NCBI GenBank assembly: GCA_036172245.1
Contig: JAYWIR010000032.1
Span: 806,001-870,000, forward strand
Source: Raillietiella orientalis
Taxonomy: Eukaryota
DNA: 64,000 nt
Direction: 5' to 3'
The position numbers and the translations under genes were made by a program. Of this stretch, positions 59,500-64,000 are shown piece after piece. Each line of letters starts with the position of its first letter. Positions within the stretch are counted from its first letter, which is position 1. The notes below the pieces were generated by a model that worked only from the letters and a program-made list of their open reading frames with translations, was not told where the DNA came from and did no database searches.

Positions 59500-59900
59500 T
59501 GAAATGCTGGAAATTACGCAGCAAGGGCATCTCCTGAATTCTGAGACGAACCACTACACGATCCGCATGGAAGAGCTCAGCCCCTCGCGGTTTCCATGGA
59601 ACCACCGTTGCAAGCAGGATGCGAACTACCAGCAAGCACCTCCTACGAGGAAGCTTGCTGAGAACGGCAACTCGGATTTCAAGGATGGTTGCGGGGGATC
59701 AAAAATCTGCGTGTGGGAACTTCGCAGCTGCAGAACGTCTTCGCGCTACAGCGAGCCGATGCTCGCAAAAGAGCTGCTGAGCGTCGGATGGCATTTCGGG
59801 TCCGAGCTTTCTTGGAAGCAAAGAGCCCACGAATTCGCAGCAGCCACGACATTCTGAGAAGCAAATATTTGGCACAAACGGGATCTTTCAACCAGAAGTC
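59500..59900 (+). mobile_element. Possible CR1/L2-like LINE C-terminal remnant
   Basis: FPWNHR, ICVW, ALQRADAR...MAFRVRAFLEAKSPRIRSSHDI resemble vQr.atr...Y.eRL..l..L..RR..Dl. Confidence 0.3.
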
Positions 59901-61299
59901 GAAAGAAATAACAAAGAAAAAAAAAAAACACACAAAATCGAGACAGATGATGAATGCTTTGTCTCCGGCGATGGATCTCAAAAGCGCCCCCCTTTCGAGC
60001 GGGCTGAAGTTCAAGCCCAAACGAATGCGGAATCCAGGGAAACCTGGGGCTTCGCAACGACGGACCGTTGCTAAGATTTTTTCACCGTTTTTTTTTTATT
60101 TTATTTTTTTTTTTTCGCGGTTCCAGAAGCGTCTCCTGGTTTCCGGAGGAAACGGCTCTCGGGAGTGCGCAACATCATAACAACAGCGAGCATTCTGAAA
60201 TTTTTTTTTCCCCCTGCGCCGCTTTCGGTTCCCGCCTTTGGAGATCCGGGATCTGCGCTGCTCCTCTCCTCTTCGAGCTGCATCCTTCAGGCGTAGCGTC
60301 AGCTTTGTCTTACTCCGGTGGCAACTCATCCACTGACGCGACGGCTGCTTTCACATGTTTGCATGTGTAATCGACGTAGCTCGCATTACGGCCAGAGATC
60401 CCCCATCAGCACAACGCTGCGAAACTGCCGCGCGGTCCGGAGATCTCTTGTGCTCCCCATAATCCCGGGAGCAACCTATTTTGCTCCGTTTCCCCCTGCA
60501 CGATGATCAGCAAGTCGGAAGAAGAAGAGAGTGCCGTCCCTGCGGACGACGTGAGATGAGAAATGATCTGCGACGAACTATATTACGCGTGTCTTTCTAA
60601 ATGACCGATCGATCTTATCGCACGAAAGTAGGTCAGGTTCTTTACCGTGAGCAAGTTTGCATAATTTTCTCGGGGTATCCGGAGAACATCCAATAAACTC
60701 TGCAATCCATTGATTTATTCACGAGGAAAAAAAAAAAGGAAAAGAAAAAATCATCTTCTAATTGTGAGGATTGGTGAAAGTTTGCGAAGAGTCCTCGAAG
60801 ATTTATTCCAAAGCACGGAAGCACTCCTCACGAAATATCCATTAGCCAGGAATTACTGGGAGATTATGATCGGTCCAGTTCGAGTCAGAGCACAACAGCC
60901 TCGGTCTTCGACGGGTCTTCGGAGTTATTTTTGGCTCCGCAGCATCTCATAATTTATGCACTTGGTAGACCACAGTCCTGAGAGCTCACAGTGAGTTGAC
61001 TGCAATTAAAAGAGAGAATTTGTGCGGCGCGAAAACAACGCAGAGAGGGTGCCCAGTGCTCGAGGTTTGCACTAGCCCTTCGTCACCATGGAGAAATCGG
61101 TGCTTGCTCCAACAGGTAGCTTCTCGTGCTTTTGGTCTCCCGCTCGTGTCAGGAGGGCAGCCAAAGTTCTCCACGTCTGCTGAAAGGACGTCTTTTTGAT
61201 ATCATAAAGCACAAGCCACCGAGTTTCCCGTACAAGAGCTGTCATAAGGGAAACTCCGTGGCTCTACTATGATATCAGAAAAAAAAAAAAAAGAAGTCT

Positions 61300-61750
61300 T
61301 TTGGTACTGTGCTGGTGTGGAGCCATGGAAGGCATGAAGGGAGTCGCCCTGACCCTATTTGGTTAGGAGAAACTCCTCTCGATTCTCGGTGCGAGAGGGC
61401 AAATTTTTGGAGGTTTCTTGTAGGCGTGAGAAAGGGATGGCTCGCGTTAAAGACTGTCGTTGCATCTCCGCCCTTGGTCTTCCATGGTGTGAAAGTCCAG
61501 GCTGTCCATTCGAGTCGCGTCATTGGTCCAGTTCCATCGCCAGAACGGCCTGTGGGGAGAGCCGCTGCTTCTGTTGGCACGAGCCATCCAGCATGCACGC
61601 ACACGTCAGCCTTCTCTCGTTTGGTGGAACGTTTGGTAGTACGCTCGAAAACTAGGTGGCTGCCACCGTACCACACACTGGAAATGCGACTGGAGCTGTA
61701 GTGAGCTCGGAAAAAGGCTTCGGTGGACCAAAGTTTGTTCATCGTTTCGC
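61300..61750 (-). mobile_element. Possible DIRS RNase H / post-RNase H remnant
   Basis: KLWSTEAFFRAHY, DATRMDSLDF, CLPW. Confidence 0.3.
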
Positions 61751-62580
61751 CGAAACGACCCCCTCAATGGATGGCAGCAGAAATTCCACACGATGGCGAT
61801 GCAGCGATCAGTTAAATTTTATTTCTGCACCATCCTGGTTCGGCTCGGTTGGCCTTGCAAGGTGCTCCTCCAAATGAAGTCCGGTGATCCATTTTCTTTT
61901 TTTGCTGACGCCGCTGTTTTCTGCGTATGACGAGCTGTGTTCCTGAAAGATGCTTGGGGGACAACAGGATTCAGAGCTTCGTTTCCTTGCTGGAAAGCTA
62001 CTTTAAGCTCAGAGGATCAGCTCTGAGCCATCTCCACAAAGTTCTTGAAGCTACGGCGCGCGTGGTCGTTACTTCTCCCCTCACCGACTCGCCACTCAAC
62101 CGGACCAGTTCGTGCCCTATCAGTTGTTGGTAAAATTCCCATGTTCGATTGAAGTAGTGGAAAGACCAGGACTGACATCCGACATTCCTTCATTCCTCTT
62201 CCAGATGCCTCAAAGAGCACCTTGTAACATTCACTGCTGCTGTTTCATAAGGTGCACAGAGGCAGGAAAGGATTGGGAACAGAACTGTGTATCGCGTATA
62301 CTCAGAAAAAAACCCTCAATGCTCATTTTGAAGAACGAAATGCTGAAAATTTCCTAAAAAACAAAAGCTATTGGCTTCCCTATCTCGCTTATAAAACACC
62401 TGATAAACGAATCCGCCGTACTTGAACGAACATCGTGACAAATGAGTTGGGTGCCTCTCCGCGCTCCAGAGTTAAGATATGCACCTCATCTTCTATCCTC
62501 ATTTGTGCACTGAGAGCTCTGCACTGGTCGCTTAGAAACTCAGCGTAGCATTCTCCGAATTCAATCGACCCTGCATCGGA

Positions 62581-63100
62581 GGCCATGTGGCTGTAGTCTT
62601 CGCTCGTGGCACCAAGCGTCGCGGGTTCGAATACTCGACTCCGAGAAATGGGGGTGCATCGTGGGTTCGAGTTCCTTCTGCAAGATGGCGCTGGTTGGCT
62701 TCTATTCATTCGGGTGCGGCACTGGTGGAGGTTCGAATCGGATGTCCGATGAATGGCCGGAATCGGGAGTCGACCTCCGGGTGCTTCCAGGAATCAAGGA
62801 GTAGGAGTTTCATCCCCTCTGGTTGTGCAAAGGAGACGTCCCTCCCCCCTCGTGGATGTGCCGCTCCCTTCGGGGTTCTCGTCAGAGGAGCAAACAGGAG
62901 CGGTTCCCTTGCTGGTTCCCTCCGGAGCAGAAAAAATGAAGCGAACCCCTTCGGAGATTCTCTTCGAGGATCCCTCCCCAGGCTTGAGCGGGAACGGACT
63001 CCCTTATCCGGAGCCTTTCCTGTATTCATGGGGTGGCTCCCTCCCGGAGTCCCTCCCCTCCCTTCCCTATCTTGAAGAATTACATGCACCCTCGGGCGGC
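62581..63100 (+). repeat. Dispersed repeat family R, copy D (tRNA-like head, body, tail)
   Basis: cgctcgtggcaccaagcgtcgcgggttcgaat nearly matches 37929-37960; further GGTTCGA at ~62664 and 62730; tail ccctatcttgaagaattaca at 63065. Confidence 0.88.
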
Positions 63101-63149
63101 ATGAAACAGCGTAAAAGTCGGCCGTCGAGCCGCCGCCAGGCGCGCGACG

Positions 63150-63610
63150 GTTCTGAGGCACTCAGAGAACCAAAAGAAAAAGCTGGAAAGGAAAGACAGC
63201 AAATGAACCCACAAGGGTCGCCGTGATTCTTACGGAGAACATGCAAGAACGAGTCGATCTCAGAGAAAGAGGGAAACTGCGGGGAATGCAACTCTCAAAG
63301 GCCACCACGGTTGCGCTCTCGCTGAAGACGCAGCCACCATCGAGGCAGCGAAGCATTCGTGGCATCAGGCATTCCAAACTGAGCCGACGCTAACAGAAGA
63401 TTCTGTTAAACTATTGGCTGCTGGAGTTACTTTTTTCTTTCTCCTTCGGATGCGGCCTGTTTTCGTAAAAGGAACAACACGGAGCACAAGAGCGTCTGAG
63501 GTTCCGAAACTGAGGCAAAACCAAGGCGACCTAGTCCTCCAGGAAGGAAGAAATTCCGGCCTTTTAAGATCAGTCAGATGGCTAAAAGTGAATCCGAAAT
63601 TCATTTAATA
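63150..63610 (-). mobile_element. Possible DIRS tyrosine recombinase C-terminal remnant
   Basis: LKRPEFL, HECFAASMVAA and QFPSFSEID in YR order. Confidence 0.35.
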
Positions 63611-64000
63611 AGGGTGACTGTTCCATAAATTCTCCTCAGCAGGGAGGCTTTCTCTGCCGGCTATGAGGGCTGCACACATTCAAGAAGACACGAAGATTCT
63701 AAAGATGCACGTTCCGCGCGACCGAAAGACCGACTGCAAGCACTTCTCTCAATCACGGGACCTCCGCTAGCATGTCAGCGTTTACTGCATCGGTCAGTCG
63801 GCAAGATGAAGGATGAAAAGGCAGCAGCATTGGCTCACAGCTCTGCTGATTCTAAGGAATCGAGGTTCCTATAGAAAAGAATTCGAAGAATCGATTGTAC
63901 GAAATGAATCTCTCTTCCGGTACTGCCTGACAGTCGTTCCAAAGAGGCAGGAGGCTGTGAGCACGAATCCGGCACGGGATGTTCCCAAAAGTCACGTTTT

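Noticed and set aside
1..64000. CRISPR array, operons, or a prokaryotic/phage defence system
   Set aside because: No regularly spaced repeat-spacer array and no dense ORFs; spliceosomal introns show the DNA is eukaryotic.

Overview
This is eukaryotic (metazoan, probably arthropod) genomic DNA with one recognisable host gene. That gene is a tandem-GAF cyclic nucleotide phosphodiesterase of the PDE10A / invertebrate pde-5 type on the minus strand. I assembled it by hand from 13 phase-compatible exons (57320 down to a stop at 37111, about 760 aa plus an uncertain N-terminus). The first ~37 kb and the large introns hold heavily decayed retroelements: DIRS-like tyrosine-recombinase elements, BEL/Pao, Gypsy and LINE remnants, none with an intact ORF. 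These were identified by eye from motif resemblance, so their boundaries are approximate. Most unusual observations: (i) a 7-copy dispersed repeat with a tRNA-like, double B-box head that repeatedly sits where a DIRS inverted terminal repeat would be; (ii) an in-frame TAG at a conserved PDE position that is itself a frame-preserving splice acceptor; (iii) at least two GC-AG introns; (iv) a 50-bp near-perfect palindrome at the PDE 5' end; (v) an order-permuted inverted duplication at 3.5-4.2 kb. No CRISPR, rRNA or true tRNA genes were seen.
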